DNA from: a phage
Strand: one strand, 5' to 3'
Sequence record: PZ534534.1
Length of the DNA stretch: 64,000 bases
The position numbers and the translations under genes are program-made. Below the pieces are notes generated by a model that saw nothing but the letters and a program-made list of their open reading frames with translations, had not been told where the DNA came from and ran no database searches. This document shows, piece by piece, positions 27,186-36,598 of the stretch. Positions within the stretch are counted from its first letter, which is position 1, and each line of letters opens with the position of its first letter.

Positions 27186-30100
27186 ATGGCTGATATTAAA
27201 GTTGTCAGAATTGAATCTCTTCCTGCCACTACCGCAGTGACAGAGGATGATTACCTGGTTGTTCAACAACCAGACCTGACTCGTCGTGTAAAAATTGGCG
27301 ATGTTGTCCATGTGGATGGGACTGTTTCTCATGTAATCTCCTTTAAGGAAGGTGGTAAGTTAAACGGCCCAATGGATTTTGCCTACTTCGAAGAGGAAGA
27401 CCTCTACCTGCGTTGGAAAGGCGAATTTCCACACACTGTTCCTGCACTGTCTTCACCGTACGCTGATGGTGGGATTACTGACGCTGCATGGATGGTATAT
27501 ACTGACCCGTCCCTAAGGGAGGAGCTGGAATCTACCATTGGCGCATCTATGATCATGACAGCCGAAGGGCAGTCTGTCCAGGATGTAATGGATGTTACTG
27601 TTCAGACAGCTAACGATGCTAAAGCACTTGCACAGCGTGTAGATTTTGGTACAGTGCACACTGTAGGCGATGTTATTCACCTTGATAACTTTGTTGGCCC
27701 TGCAGTTATTGAAGAGGGAAGAACTACCAACTACCCTTCTGTAGCAGCTGGTGAAAAATTTCTGAACGGTGTGGTATCTCGTCGTGATACTACAACTGTT
27801 GATGGTATTTTCCGTGGCGCTACCACCGGAGCTATGTACACCATTGCAGTAACCAACGGTGTAGCAACAACAAAAAGAATAGCACTTCGTGATGAATTTA
27901 AACGCCTAGAGACAAATAACCCAACAAGAACAGTTATCCGTGCTGGAGATGATTTAAATACGGCAGGGTACTTGCAGCTTGATGCAACAGGCCGTTGGGG
28001 TATGTGGAACCAACAAACAGCTTCGTGGCAACCTCTTGCTATAGAGCAAGGCGGCACAGGGGCTAGAGATGCCGCTGGAGTCCGTATCAATATCGGTGCT
28101 TTCTATAAGCAGCGTGCTGCGCTTGATGCAAATTTCAATATCAATAATTTGACTGGTAATCAGGATGGTATATACTACCAGCCGATGACTGCTAATGCAA
28201 CTGAGGCAAATGGTTACCCTGCAGGTTCTGGTGCTGGTCACTTGATTGTTTGGCAGAACAATGCTAACGGCGGTACAGGGTGTCGTCAGGAATACTATCC
28301 ATTCTCTAACGTAGATGTTTGGTATTTGAGAACCTATCAGGCCAACACAAATCAGTGGACTGCATGGCAGCCGATGGTCAGACCTCGTAACGATGATACC
28401 TTCAGATCTCATATTGGCCTTGGTAAAAACAACTCGCCAGCCTTCGGGCACCTTTACTTAGCTCAATACTCGGGAGATGTTAAATCGGCCTCAGGTATTC
28501 TCCATGGAGATAAATATAATACTGACGGTGTCCTTGAGCATGGATATAGGATCTATTCTGAGGTAAGAAACGACAATAAGGCTTGGTTGACAATCCACCT
28601 GCACAAAGGTGCAAAAGGATCTGAAACTCATAGATATTTAGGTTTACGCGAAGACGGCGTGTTAGACTGCCCTAAATACATGCAGGTTGGGGATCTTACT
28701 GGTCAGCTGACAAACTGGGGACTTGGAGAGTGGATTCGTAGTTCAGGAGCAGAAAGAGGCTTCTGGGGGTCCAAGAAAGCCGCCAAGATGGTCGTCTGGG
28801 ATGGTGGGATGGATGAGTCCGGTAACGGCACTCTGGAATGGGGTGTTTATAACAACCGGAAGGCCAAGTGGGAACCTTTATCTCACGCCGCAGGTGGCAC
28901 TGGGGCTACAACCCTGGCAGATGCTCAGAATCTGTTCAAAGTTCCTATAGCTGCGGGTGTCAAAGATTTCTTAACACTGCCAAGAACTGCAGGGATGGAA
29001 GATGGGAAATACTACCCAATCATCGTTAGAACAGATCCGTACTATGCTCCAGCAACTGGTACTGATATTACCATAGTTACCAGATCGTCATCCGGCAGTG
29101 ACCCTATGAACTGCGCTACTCTGCAGTGCCATTACAGAACTGGGGGCTGGACAGACAGAGGAGACTCTTTCTACGGGGTAGTAAATTTCTACCAGAATGA
29201 AAAAGCACTTCTTGGGATGGTTGCTCCAACAAGGGGTAAACAAGAGTATGTTGCTTTCTATGTAGAGGCTCGTGCTTTCCCTGTCAGCGTATACGCAAGT
29301 AGAAATGTTGTAGAAGTGTTTACCAGAGAGCAAGATTACCAGGTCGGAGCTGTAACAGACAATCAGGACGGTGTTAAGTTTGTTGCGCCTCTCCAGTCAG
29401 CAGATTTGAATCTTGCTGTTCTTGGAGATAACAATACCAACACCAGACCTATTGTTGACTTCAAAGGTACCTCTGGGTTCTACACTGGCGGCGGCACACA
29501 GTGGCACTATATAGGCACTGCTGAACGCTATGCGGTGATGAGCAAAATGAACATGCCTAAAGTCGAACTATGGGCTGACGGTATTGACTATTTGTGCTAT
29601 GGCAGCCCTAGAAAGGCGTTATTCTCTAATGCAGGATTCCAGTGTGCATCAGATGGAACAGAGGATCTAACTAACGGTACGTTTACCTCTAAATGCGGTA
29701 ATGGTGCTGGCCTCAAAGGTCAGGCAGAGTTCAGATCTACCCCAGAAGCTGGTCAAGTTATTGTTCGCGATGTTGTGGGCACAGCTCACAGATTCTACAA
29801 TTTCAACAAAGACGGTACTTTCTCGGCCCCTGGTGGTTTTGTATGTCATACTGGTGGAGACTGGAACAACCAGTTTGGGTCTAATAACCCGTCAAAAATA
29901 ATGGCGGGTAATGTTAACGGACCAGAAGGCTCGATGGTTGTTGGTGGACTGTCTGTGGCGTTCTCTGGAAACTATGCTTTCCAAATGGCTGGACGCCTTG
30001 ATCAGTTATACACCAGATCTATCGAGGGTGGTAACCATAGAGCGTGGAACAAGGTCATACAACACAGAGGGCAAGGTCTGGGGATTAATGACCTTAACGA

Positions 30101-30986
30101 CTACAAAGGGGATAGGGAAGGTTTTTATCATCAGGAGGCCAATGCTCAAGCCACACCTGATAGAAACTACCCATGCTCCCGGGCAGGTACGCTTATCGTG
30201 TACAGGAACTACGCCAATGTTCCAGAGAGTTGCGTACAGGAGTATATATCATATCTTGGGGAAAAATTCCTGCGTTATGGAACAACAATAGGTAGTGTTT
30301 TCACATGGGGACCTTGGCAGCAGCTTGGTGGTAAGGGAATTACTCTTAAAACCGCAGGTTCCAATCTTGACCCAGAGTTCATGATACATACAGGTGGTGG
30401 GACCGATGTTACCAACACTTCCAACATGCCTTCTAATACAGGCAGAATGTACTACTGGGGTAATGGCGCAGACAGGAAGAACGTGCTTGAGTTTCAGATA
30501 AACGACAACGCTACATCTGCCAGTTGGGTATGGCATTGTGGTGCTAAGACAGATGAGGCCAAGTCAAGGTACTTTGCTGTCAACGGCGTAGTAGAGTGCA
30601 CCGCTGTCAGCCAGAGCTCTGACCGTGACCTGAAGGATAACATAGAGGTTATTCCTAACGCGTTGGAAGCTATCCGTAAGATGAAAGGCTATACCTACAC
30701 TCTAAAAGAGAATGGTATGCCTCACGCGGGGGTAATTGCTCAAGAGGTTATGGAAGCATTGCCTGAAGCGGTTGGTTCTTTCGTGAAAAGGAAAGAGGTT
30801 CCTGGTCCTACTCAAGATGGTATTCCTCTGATGACCGAGGAAAGATTCTATAATGTTGACTATGCGGCTGTAACAGGATTGCTTGTTCAGGTTTGCAGAG
30901 AACAAGATGATAAAATAACCGCCCTTGAGGAGCAGGTTAAAAAATTGACAGAGGTTGTTACTGGGTTGCAAGAGAAACTGAAGTAA
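27186..30986 (+). CDS. long tail fibre with C-terminal intramolecular chaperone (peptidase S74) domain
   Basis: C-terminal block SDRDLKDNIEV...GYTYTLK...GVIAQEV is the hallmark of the self-cleaving chaperone domain of endosialidases and T5 L-shaped fibres; N-terminal anchor domain shared with the 23883 protein. Confidence 0.8.
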   Translation: MADIKVVRIESLPATTAVTEDDYLVVQQPDLTRRVKIGDVVHVDGTVSHVISFKEGGKLNGPMDFAYFEEEDLYLRWKGEFPHTVPALSSPYADGGITDAAWMVYTDPSLREELESTIGASMIMTAEGQSVQDVMDVTVQTANDAKALAQRVDFGTVHTVGDVIHLDNFVGPAVIEEGRTTNYPSVAAGEKFLNGVVSRRDTTTVDGIFRGATTGAMYTIAVTNGVATTKRIALRDEFKRLETNNPTRTVIRAGDDLNTAGYLQLDATGRWGMWNQQTASWQPLAIEQGGTGARDAAGVRINIGAFYKQRAALDANFNINNLTGNQDGIYYQPMTANATEANGYPAGSGAGHLIVWQNNANGGTGCRQEYYPFSNVDVWYLRTYQANTNQWTAWQPMVRPRNDDTFRSHIGLGKNNSPAFGHLYLAQYSGDVKSASGILHGDKYNTDGVLEHGYRIYSEVRNDNKAWLTIHLHKGAKGSETHRYLGLREDGVLDCPKYMQVGDLTGQLTNWGLGEWIRSSGAERGFWGSKKAAKMVVWDGGMDESGNGTLEWGVYNNRKAKWEPLSHAAGGTGATTLADAQNLFKVPIAAGVKDFLTLPRTAGMEDGKYYPIIVRTDPYYAPATGTDITIVTRSSSGSDPMNCATLQCHYRTGGWTDRGDSFYGVVNFYQNEKALLGMVAPTRGKQEYVAFYVEARAFPVSVYASRNVVEVFTREQDYQVGAVTDNQDGVKFVAPLQSADLNLAVLGDNNTNTRPIVDFKGTSGFYTGGGTQWHYIGTAERYAVMSKMNMPKVELWADGIDYLCYGSPRKALFSNAGFQCASDGTEDLTNGTFTSKCGNGAGLKGQAEFRSTPEAGQVIVRDVVGTAHRFYNFNKDGTFSAPGGFVCHTGGDWNNQFGSNNPSKIMAGNVNGPEGSMVVGGLSVAFSGNYAFQMAGRLDQLYTRSIEGGNHRAWNKVIQHRGQGLGINDLNDYKGDREGFYHQEANAQATPDRNYPCSRAGTLIVYRNYANVPESCVQEYISYLGEKFLRYGTTIGSVFTWGPWQQLGGKGITLKTAGSNLDPEFMIHTGGGTDVTNTSNMPSNTGRMYYWGNGADRKNVLEFQINDNATSASWVWHCGAKTDEAKSRYFAVNGVVECTAVSQSSDRDLKDNIEVIPNALEAIRKMKGYTYTLKENGMPHAGVIAQEVMEALPEAVGSFVKRKEVPGPTQDGIPLMTEERFYNVDYAAVTGLLVQVCREQDDKITALEEQVKKLTEVVTGLQEKLK

Positions 30987-30993
30987 CTGTTTT

Positions 30994-31019
30994 GCCCTCG
31001 CTTCGGCGGGGGCTTTTTG
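30994..31019 (+). terminator. rho-independent terminator (CGCTTCGGCG family)
   Basis: Hairpin CCCTCGCttcgGCGGGGG with UUCG-type loop followed by CTTTTTGTTTG. Confidence 0.65.
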
Positions 31020-31025
31020 TTTGTA

Positions 31026-31054
31026 TTGCGTATTAACTTAAAATCTGGTAAAAT
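31026..31054 (+). promoter_or_regulatory. sigma70-like promoter (TTGCGT-17-TAAAAT, TGGTAAAATA family)
   Basis: -10 TAAAAT preceded by TGG; -35 weaker. Confidence 0.4.
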
Positions 31055-31085
31055 AGCTATCATGATTGTTTAACCCGGAGGCACA

Positions 31086-31676
31086 ATGTTTTTATGGGAA
31101 AGGCCTAGATATCTTCCAGATATTAGATTGGAGCTGCTGGCAGATATTGTTACGTTTAAAAGTCCATTTACAGGTAAAACGCAAAAAGTAACCTATGCCA
31201 CACCTAACTGGAAAGGCACTTTGACGGTCTCCAATATCAGCGAGTCACAGTTGCTAGAGCTTAAGAGCTTTGTTGATCAGGTGTATAAAGATGGAAACAT
31301 CTTTCTTATTAAAACTTACGGTCACTCAGTAACAACTAATGAGCCAATCGCCCTTGGGCCTACTGGTAACGACGATTTTTTGAAGACGGTCGGATGGGAG
31401 CCAAACAGAGACATAGCTAGAGCTGGGGATAAAATATCTGTCAATGATGAATTGAAAGTGGTAACAGCTCCAGTGCGTAGTGATGGTGTTGGGTCTGCTG
31501 TTATAGGCATATCTCCAAGACTTAGAAAGCCTATTGCCGCAGGGGACACCATGAAGATAATAACTCAATCTCCGAAGGGTAGGTTTCATATCAGAGATAT
31601 TTATAAAATTAAGCAAAAAGTCGATGCTATGCAAAAAGGTGATAATATAGTTATCAACTTCTTTGAGGATTTCTAA
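31086..31676 (+). CDS. minor tail protein (tail-tip complex, first gene of J-type module)
   Basis: 196 aa, first of three small genes preceding the J-like gene. Confidence 0.45.
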   Translation: MFLWERPRYLPDIRLELLADIVTFKSPFTGKTQKVTYATPNWKGTLTVSNISESQLLELKSFVDQVYKDGNIFLIKTYGHSVTTNEPIALGPTGNDDFLKTVGWEPNRDIARAGDKISVNDELKVVTAPVRSDGVGSAVIGISPRLRKPIAAGDTMKIITQSPKGRFHIRDIYKIKQKVDAMQKGDNIVINFFEDF

Positions 31677-31677
31677 G

Positions 31678-32229
31678 ATGATCAGAGCGCCATTAGATAA
31701 TTTATTTCTTGAAAAGCTGGAGCTTGATGGTGTTGAGATCTTAATTGCTGCAAAGCTGGAGCTACCGACAGGAACTGTCAGGGTGTGCTCAGGCACTGGT
31801 GTTGTAGTAATTGAGGGGCAACATTTTATAGGGATAGGTGGATCAGCAACGTTAACTGCTGTGTCTGAGAAAGATGCCACCAACTTCGGATCTGTGGTAG
31901 CGACATTGAACGGGTTTGATCCTAAGTATGTGGGTGATCTGCTGAAGACGGAGTATTCTGGTTGTCGTGCCACGTTGTACATTACCGCTATGGAGAATGG
32001 TCTGCCTGTTACAACTAATGGCTTGTTTGACGGCCTTATAACAGATATGGCTATTCAGACAGGCGAGAATAGTGCTTTGTCCATATCCATCTCCTCCATC
32101 TTCAACAGCTGGTTAAGAGGTTTTCCTTATCGGTACACGGAGGAAAGCCACAGCTCAAGAAACGATAACGACAGATTTTTTAAATATGTGGATCAGGTGG
32201 CGAGCCGCCCGATCATTTGGGAGGTTTAA
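31678..32229 (+). CDS. minor tail protein (lambda L-like position)
   Basis: ATG at 31678 with GAGGAT RBS (ORF-track TTG start at 31663). Confidence 0.45.
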   Translation: MIRAPLDNLFLEKLELDGVEILIAAKLELPTGTVRVCSGTGVVVIEGQHFIGIGGSATLTAVSEKDATNFGSVVATLNGFDPKYVGDLLKTEYSGCRATLYITAMENGLPVTTNGLFDGLITDMAIQTGENSALSISISSIFNSWLRGFPYRYTEESHSSRNDNDRFFKYVDQVASRPIIWEV

Positions 32230-32654
32230 TGAGCACACATCCTCGTTTAGTGGATTGGCAAGAAAGATTGTGGAAAGTGTTTGACGAAGAGGCCACCATA
32301 CCTTTTGAATGGGGATTCCACGATTGTTGCACCTTTGCGGCTAAGTGTGTTGATGCCCAATACGGAACAGATTTTCTTTCTAACTTTGAAGGAACGTATA
32401 AAACAGAGTTGGAAAGCAAAAGATGGTGCATGCTTCGTTTCAAAACCACACACCTGCCTACTATTTTTGATCTCTTTATGACTCGGCTGGATACTCCTAA
32501 ACAGGCTCAGCGTGGAGATATTGTCATTTTCGAAGGTCTGAACGGGCTCACCGCTGGTGTGTTCTGGAACAACCAGATTTGGGCTAAAGGTGATAAAGGG
32601 GTCTTTATGTTCGACATGAAAGATTCTATCGTTGTTGATGTCTGGAGGTATTAA
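32229..32654 (+). CDS. minor tail protein, putative NlpC/P60-like (lambda K-like position)
   Basis: ATG at 32229 with GGGAGG RBS; conserved Cys/His (FHDCCTFAAKC) consistent with a papain-like peptidase domain. Confidence 0.45.
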   Translation: MSTHPRLVDWQERLWKVFDEEATIPFEWGFHDCCTFAAKCVDAQYGTDFLSNFEGTYKTELESKRWCMLRFKTTHLPTIFDLFMTRLDTPKQAQRGDIVIFEGLNGLTAGVFWNNQIWAKGDKGVFMFDMKDSIVVDVWRY

Positions 32655-35600
32655 TGCCAATTGCAATGATTGATAACATCGTTGCTTCTGCAAGATCTTC
32701 AAGTTATGACTGGAACGCATCCAAGGCAGCTCTGGCTGACAGCCTGAACACTGTTACCACCAGAACTCTGGATAAGATTTTCGAGGGAAACAAATCTTAC
32801 AGAAGTCAGCAAGATAGACAAAAGCTTCTCAGATCTTCTGCTGCACCTTGCTCTGTAGTGTATGGGAAGACACGTACATCTGGATTGCTTGCGTTTTTGG
32901 AGCAGGACAGGGACAGAACCCTTCATTGTGCTATTGTTCTTGCCAATCACCCTCTGGAAGGTATAGAAGATATACTTATCGACGGTAATCCTATTTCTTC
33001 GTATGGGGATTTGGTATCGTGGGAGCTACATAACGATAGAAAAACCTCTGATCCTTTCATGGGCACACACTGCCCATCGTGGTCACCGGACATGATAGGT
33101 AGAGGGATCAGTTGGCTACGGGTCAGCTTTAGGTTTGACCCTAACAAGTTTCCTTTTGGGTTGCCAAACGTCACACTCGTCAAGGTTGGTAAAAAATGCT
33201 ATGATCCTCGCACTAGTAAAGAGGTGTATACCAATAACGCTGCCTTGGTGATTCTGGACTATTTAAGAACGTACCTTAAATGTCCTGACGAAACCATCAA
33301 CTGGGAGTCCTTCAAGGAGGCTGCCAACATATGCGACGAGGCTGTAAGAAACGCAGACGGAACCAGCGAGCGTCGTTACACAATTAATGGCGAGTTCGAT
33401 ATGGATGAGGCCCCAGCAAGTATTATGGCAGAAATGCTGAAAGCTTGTGGCGCAGATCTCAGCTATGTAGCTGGTAAGTATGGTTTGCTGGTTGGTGCAT
33501 ACTATGGCCCGGCAACAATGACACTGAGTGAGGATTGTGTCTGTGGTGAGGTCAAGATCTACCCGGAAGCCTCATTTGACAAAAGATCCAACACAATAAC
33601 CGGCAGATTCACTAGTCCGACCAAAGGGTATTCTGAAACAGATTTTCCATCAGTGTTTGTCCCAGAGTGGATAGAGAAGGATGGAGAAAGAAAGATAATC
33701 GATATAGACTATCGCTTTGTTACCAGCCCTTATCAAGCTCAGCGTGTTTCTGCAATCTTCTTAAGACGCGCGAGAGCTGGCAGGATTATTGAAGTCACCT
33801 GCAATATGCGAGGTTTTAAATTTAAACCTGGTCGTTACGTTACAATGAACCTTCCAAGTATAGGTATAGTGGGCCAAGAAATGAGGGTTCTTGAATGGGA
33901 GTTTACCAAAAAGGGTGGTGTCAAGGTAAAACTTCGTCAAGATGCTAAAGAGTGGAATGATGCCACAGGGCAACTTCCGGATTCTGGCAATGTAGATATT
34001 CCGATATCTCCATCTGGTGTAGCTCAACCGCAAAACTTCAGATACTCCGTTCTCCAAGCTGGGGAAGTAACTCACGGTGTTTTGGCTTGGGACAACGTTG
34101 GGACTTACGCTCAAAATATTGTGCAGGTAAGAAAGAACGGAGAGATTGTTTGGACAGCACAGACAGTTGAGCAGTTTGTCAGAGTAGAAGGTTTGACCAA
34201 AGGGTCATACACAGCAACCGTGGTTGCAACATCTTATAAAGGTGGTGTATCTCCAGAAGCGTATTGTGAGTTTAACATTCAGGCACCTGAAGCTCCGGTT
34301 TCTGTAGAGGTTAAGCAAGGATACTTTGCTATCACCTTGATTCCGCATAGTAGGGATTTAGCAAGTGTTAGCACCCAGTATGACTTTTGGACATCCGGTA
34401 TGACAAGGTTGCCAGACACCAGTGATGCAACCGTTACTTCAAACGCCACCCGTATGGGTGTTGGTTCAACTTGGACATCTGAAGGTCTGCAGAACGATAA
34501 GGTTTATTATTGGTATATTCGAACCACAAACGCTTTTGGTAGTTCTCAGTTTGTAGAATGCGCTGCACGCTGCTACACCTCTATTGAGGATTTGATGCCT
34601 CAGATAGATGCTGAATTCAAAAAGACAGAAACTTATAAAGAGTTGATGAGCACTTTGGATTCCTCTATTGAAGAGGTTGAAAATCGTGTCACAGAACTTA
34701 ACAGGTACATGGATGGTAGGGTAGATGAAGCGTTCCAGCAACTTGGGGACAGAATAGGTGCGGTAGTTACAGAAACAACTCAGAAGTTTGAAGATGTCAA
34801 TGGTAACATTACAGCGCTGGATAGGAAACTTGTTGCTGCACAGAACAAATTCACCAACGATCTGAACACTGAAAGTGGCAGACTGGCATCTCTAATCGAG
34901 ACAACCAATAAAGCAACTACTGATCTTCTGAACAAAAAGACAGAGGCTTTAGATGAGAAATTGGTTGCCGCCAAAGGTGAGCTGGTAGAGCAGATAGGGG
35001 GAGTTGAGAGCGGGTATTTAGCCGGAGATAAAACTCTGGATGGTAAGATCAATACTCAGAGAACAGAACTTGACGCAAGCATCTTGAGCACTAACCAAGC
35101 CACTGTAGATCTTTTGAACAGGACATCTGAAACTCTGGATCAAAAGATTAGTCAGACAAACGCGACGGTATCTAAAAACTATACCACCCTTGACGGCAAG
35201 ATAACTACCGCAAAAACTGACCTCAACACCTTGATTGCCAATACCAACAAGGCCACCACTGACTTGTTGAATCAGAAAACATCTGCACTGTCAGAGCAAA
35301 TAACTTCTGCACGTGGGGAGATCTCTACCAACAAGCAAGCGATTGATGCTTTGGATGGAAAACTGACCTCCACAAAAACAGCGCTGGATGCTACAATTTC
35401 CGATACCAACAAAGCCACTGTGGACCTTATCAACGGCACAGCGTCAGCTATTCGTCAAGAACTTGCTGTCGCTAAGCAGGAGATCATCAATGATGTTGGG
35501 GATGTATCTGAGCTTAGGGCTGCAGTAGCTACAACATCTAAGGCTGTAACCGACTTAGAGGGTAAAGTAAATGCTCAATGGGGCACAAAAATACAGGTAG

Positions 35601-36493
35601 ACTCCGCAGGGAATAAATATGTTGCAGGTATCCAGTTGGGGATGGAAGGGTCTGGGGGCCAAGTTCAATCCTACTTCATGGTTAGTGCAAACAACTTTGC
35701 GGTATACAACCCCGGAAATGGAACAGCAACCCTTGCTTTCGCAATCAAGAACAACCAAGCGTTCTTGAAAGACGCTTTTATAGAGAATGGCACGATCTCT
35801 TCTGCCAAGATCGCACAAGAAATTTCGTCAAACAACTACGATGGCAACGGGTACCATAAATACGGTTGGTATATTAACAAGAACGGGCACGCCCAATTTA
35901 TGGATGTATGGGTGAAAGGCAACATCAACGCCAGTTCTGGTAACTTCACAGGGGCAGTTAACGCCACCAGTGGTACCTTCCGTGGGGATGTTTATGCCAA
36001 TAACGGTAGCTTTAGGGGCACCATAGATGCAACCGGAGGTACCTTCCGTGGGCGTGTAGAGGCTTCTGTTATTCGTGCTAACCAGTTCGAAGGTGCAATA
36101 GTTGCACACAAGACCTACGGTGACTGTCCTCCAGTATACAACTCTCAGCAGCAGGTTTGCCGTTGGAGATGGAGATACGTGGATAACGTTCAAGGACAAG
36201 GTAAGAACGTAACATTCTTCTTTAAGCTTAACGGAACTCTAGGAGGCTCCCAGTTGAATGTGTGGATAGCGGGGCACCAGTTGCTCGCTGGCAAGAAGTA
36301 TGGTAACGACAACGATGGTATGTGTGCAGTCGGGATAACAGGGCTGGGTGAACAGACCATAGACATTATTGTTGAAATTTACACACGCTGGTCCACCTCA
36401 GCTATAACAGGTGTTACAATATCCTGTCCTACTGTGATAGTAAGTCGTTCAAACTCTAGCTTCCAGGGACCTTGGAACGAGTCTCACGACTAA
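32654..36493 (+). CDS. host specificity / central tail fibre protein (lambda J-like)
   Basis: 1279 aa; blocks GYFAITLIPH, YYWYIRTTNAFGSSQFVE and WGTKIQVDSAGNKYVAGIQLGMEG...SANNFAVYNP match lambda J blocks recalled from memory; long heptad-like repeat region. Confidence 0.8.
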   Translation: MPIAMIDNIVASARSSSYDWNASKAALADSLNTVTTRTLDKIFEGNKSYRSQQDRQKLLRSSAAPCSVVYGKTRTSGLLAFLEQDRDRTLHCAIVLANHPLEGIEDILIDGNPISSYGDLVSWELHNDRKTSDPFMGTHCPSWSPDMIGRGISWLRVSFRFDPNKFPFGLPNVTLVKVGKKCYDPRTSKEVYTNNAALVILDYLRTYLKCPDETINWESFKEAANICDEAVRNADGTSERRYTINGEFDMDEAPASIMAEMLKACGADLSYVAGKYGLLVGAYYGPATMTLSEDCVCGEVKIYPEASFDKRSNTITGRFTSPTKGYSETDFPSVFVPEWIEKDGERKIIDIDYRFVTSPYQAQRVSAIFLRRARAGRIIEVTCNMRGFKFKPGRYVTMNLPSIGIVGQEMRVLEWEFTKKGGVKVKLRQDAKEWNDATGQLPDSGNVDIPISPSGVAQPQNFRYSVLQAGEVTHGVLAWDNVGTYAQNIVQVRKNGEIVWTAQTVEQFVRVEGLTKGSYTATVVATSYKGGVSPEAYCEFNIQAPEAPVSVEVKQGYFAITLIPHSRDLASVSTQYDFWTSGMTRLPDTSDATVTSNATRMGVGSTWTSEGLQNDKVYYWYIRTTNAFGSSQFVECAARCYTSIEDLMPQIDAEFKKTETYKELMSTLDSSIEEVENRVTELNRYMDGRVDEAFQQLGDRIGAVVTETTQKFEDVNGNITALDRKLVAAQNKFTNDLNTESGRLASLIETTNKATTDLLNKKTEALDEKLVAAKGELVEQIGGVESGYLAGDKTLDGKINTQRTELDASILSTNQATVDLLNRTSETLDQKISQTNATVSKNYTTLDGKITTAKTDLNTLIANTNKATTDLLNQKTSALSEQITSARGEISTNKQAIDALDGKLTSTKTALDATISDTNKATVDLINGTASAIRQELAVAKQEIINDVGDVSELRAAVATTSKAVTDLEGKVNAQWGTKIQVDSAGNKYVAGIQLGMEGSGGQVQSYFMVSANNFAVYNPGNGTATLAFAIKNNQAFLKDAFIENGTISSAKIAQEISSNNYDGNGYHKYGWYINKNGHAQFMDVWVKGNINASSGNFTGAVNATSGTFRGDVYANNGSFRGTIDATGGTFRGRVEASVIRANQFEGAIVAHKTYGDCPPVYNSQQQVCRWRWRYVDNVQGQGKNVTFFFKLNGTLGGSQLNVWIAGHQLLAGKKYGNDNDGMCAVGITGLGEQTIDIIVEIYTRWSTSAITGVTISCPTVIVSRSNSSFQGPWNESHD

Positions 36494-36502
36494 CCTTTAA
36501 AG

Positions 36503-36528
36503 CCCCGCTTCGGCGGGGTTTATTTTTA
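36503..36528 (+). terminator. rho-independent terminator (CGCTTCGGCG family)
   Basis: Perfect hairpin CCCCGCttcgGCGGGG followed by TTTATTTTTAT. Confidence 0.75.
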
Positions 36529-36536
36529 TGCTCAGA

Positions 36537-36565
36537 TTGACTATTGTTACAAAATTTGGTAAAAT
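36537..36565 (+). promoter_or_regulatory. sigma70-like promoter (TTGACT-17-TAAAAT, TGGTAAAATA family)
   Basis: Near-consensus hexamers, 17-nt spacer. Confidence 0.55.
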
Positions 36566-36598
36566 ACCTTGTAGAGATTTTCATACCGGAGGAGTGAC

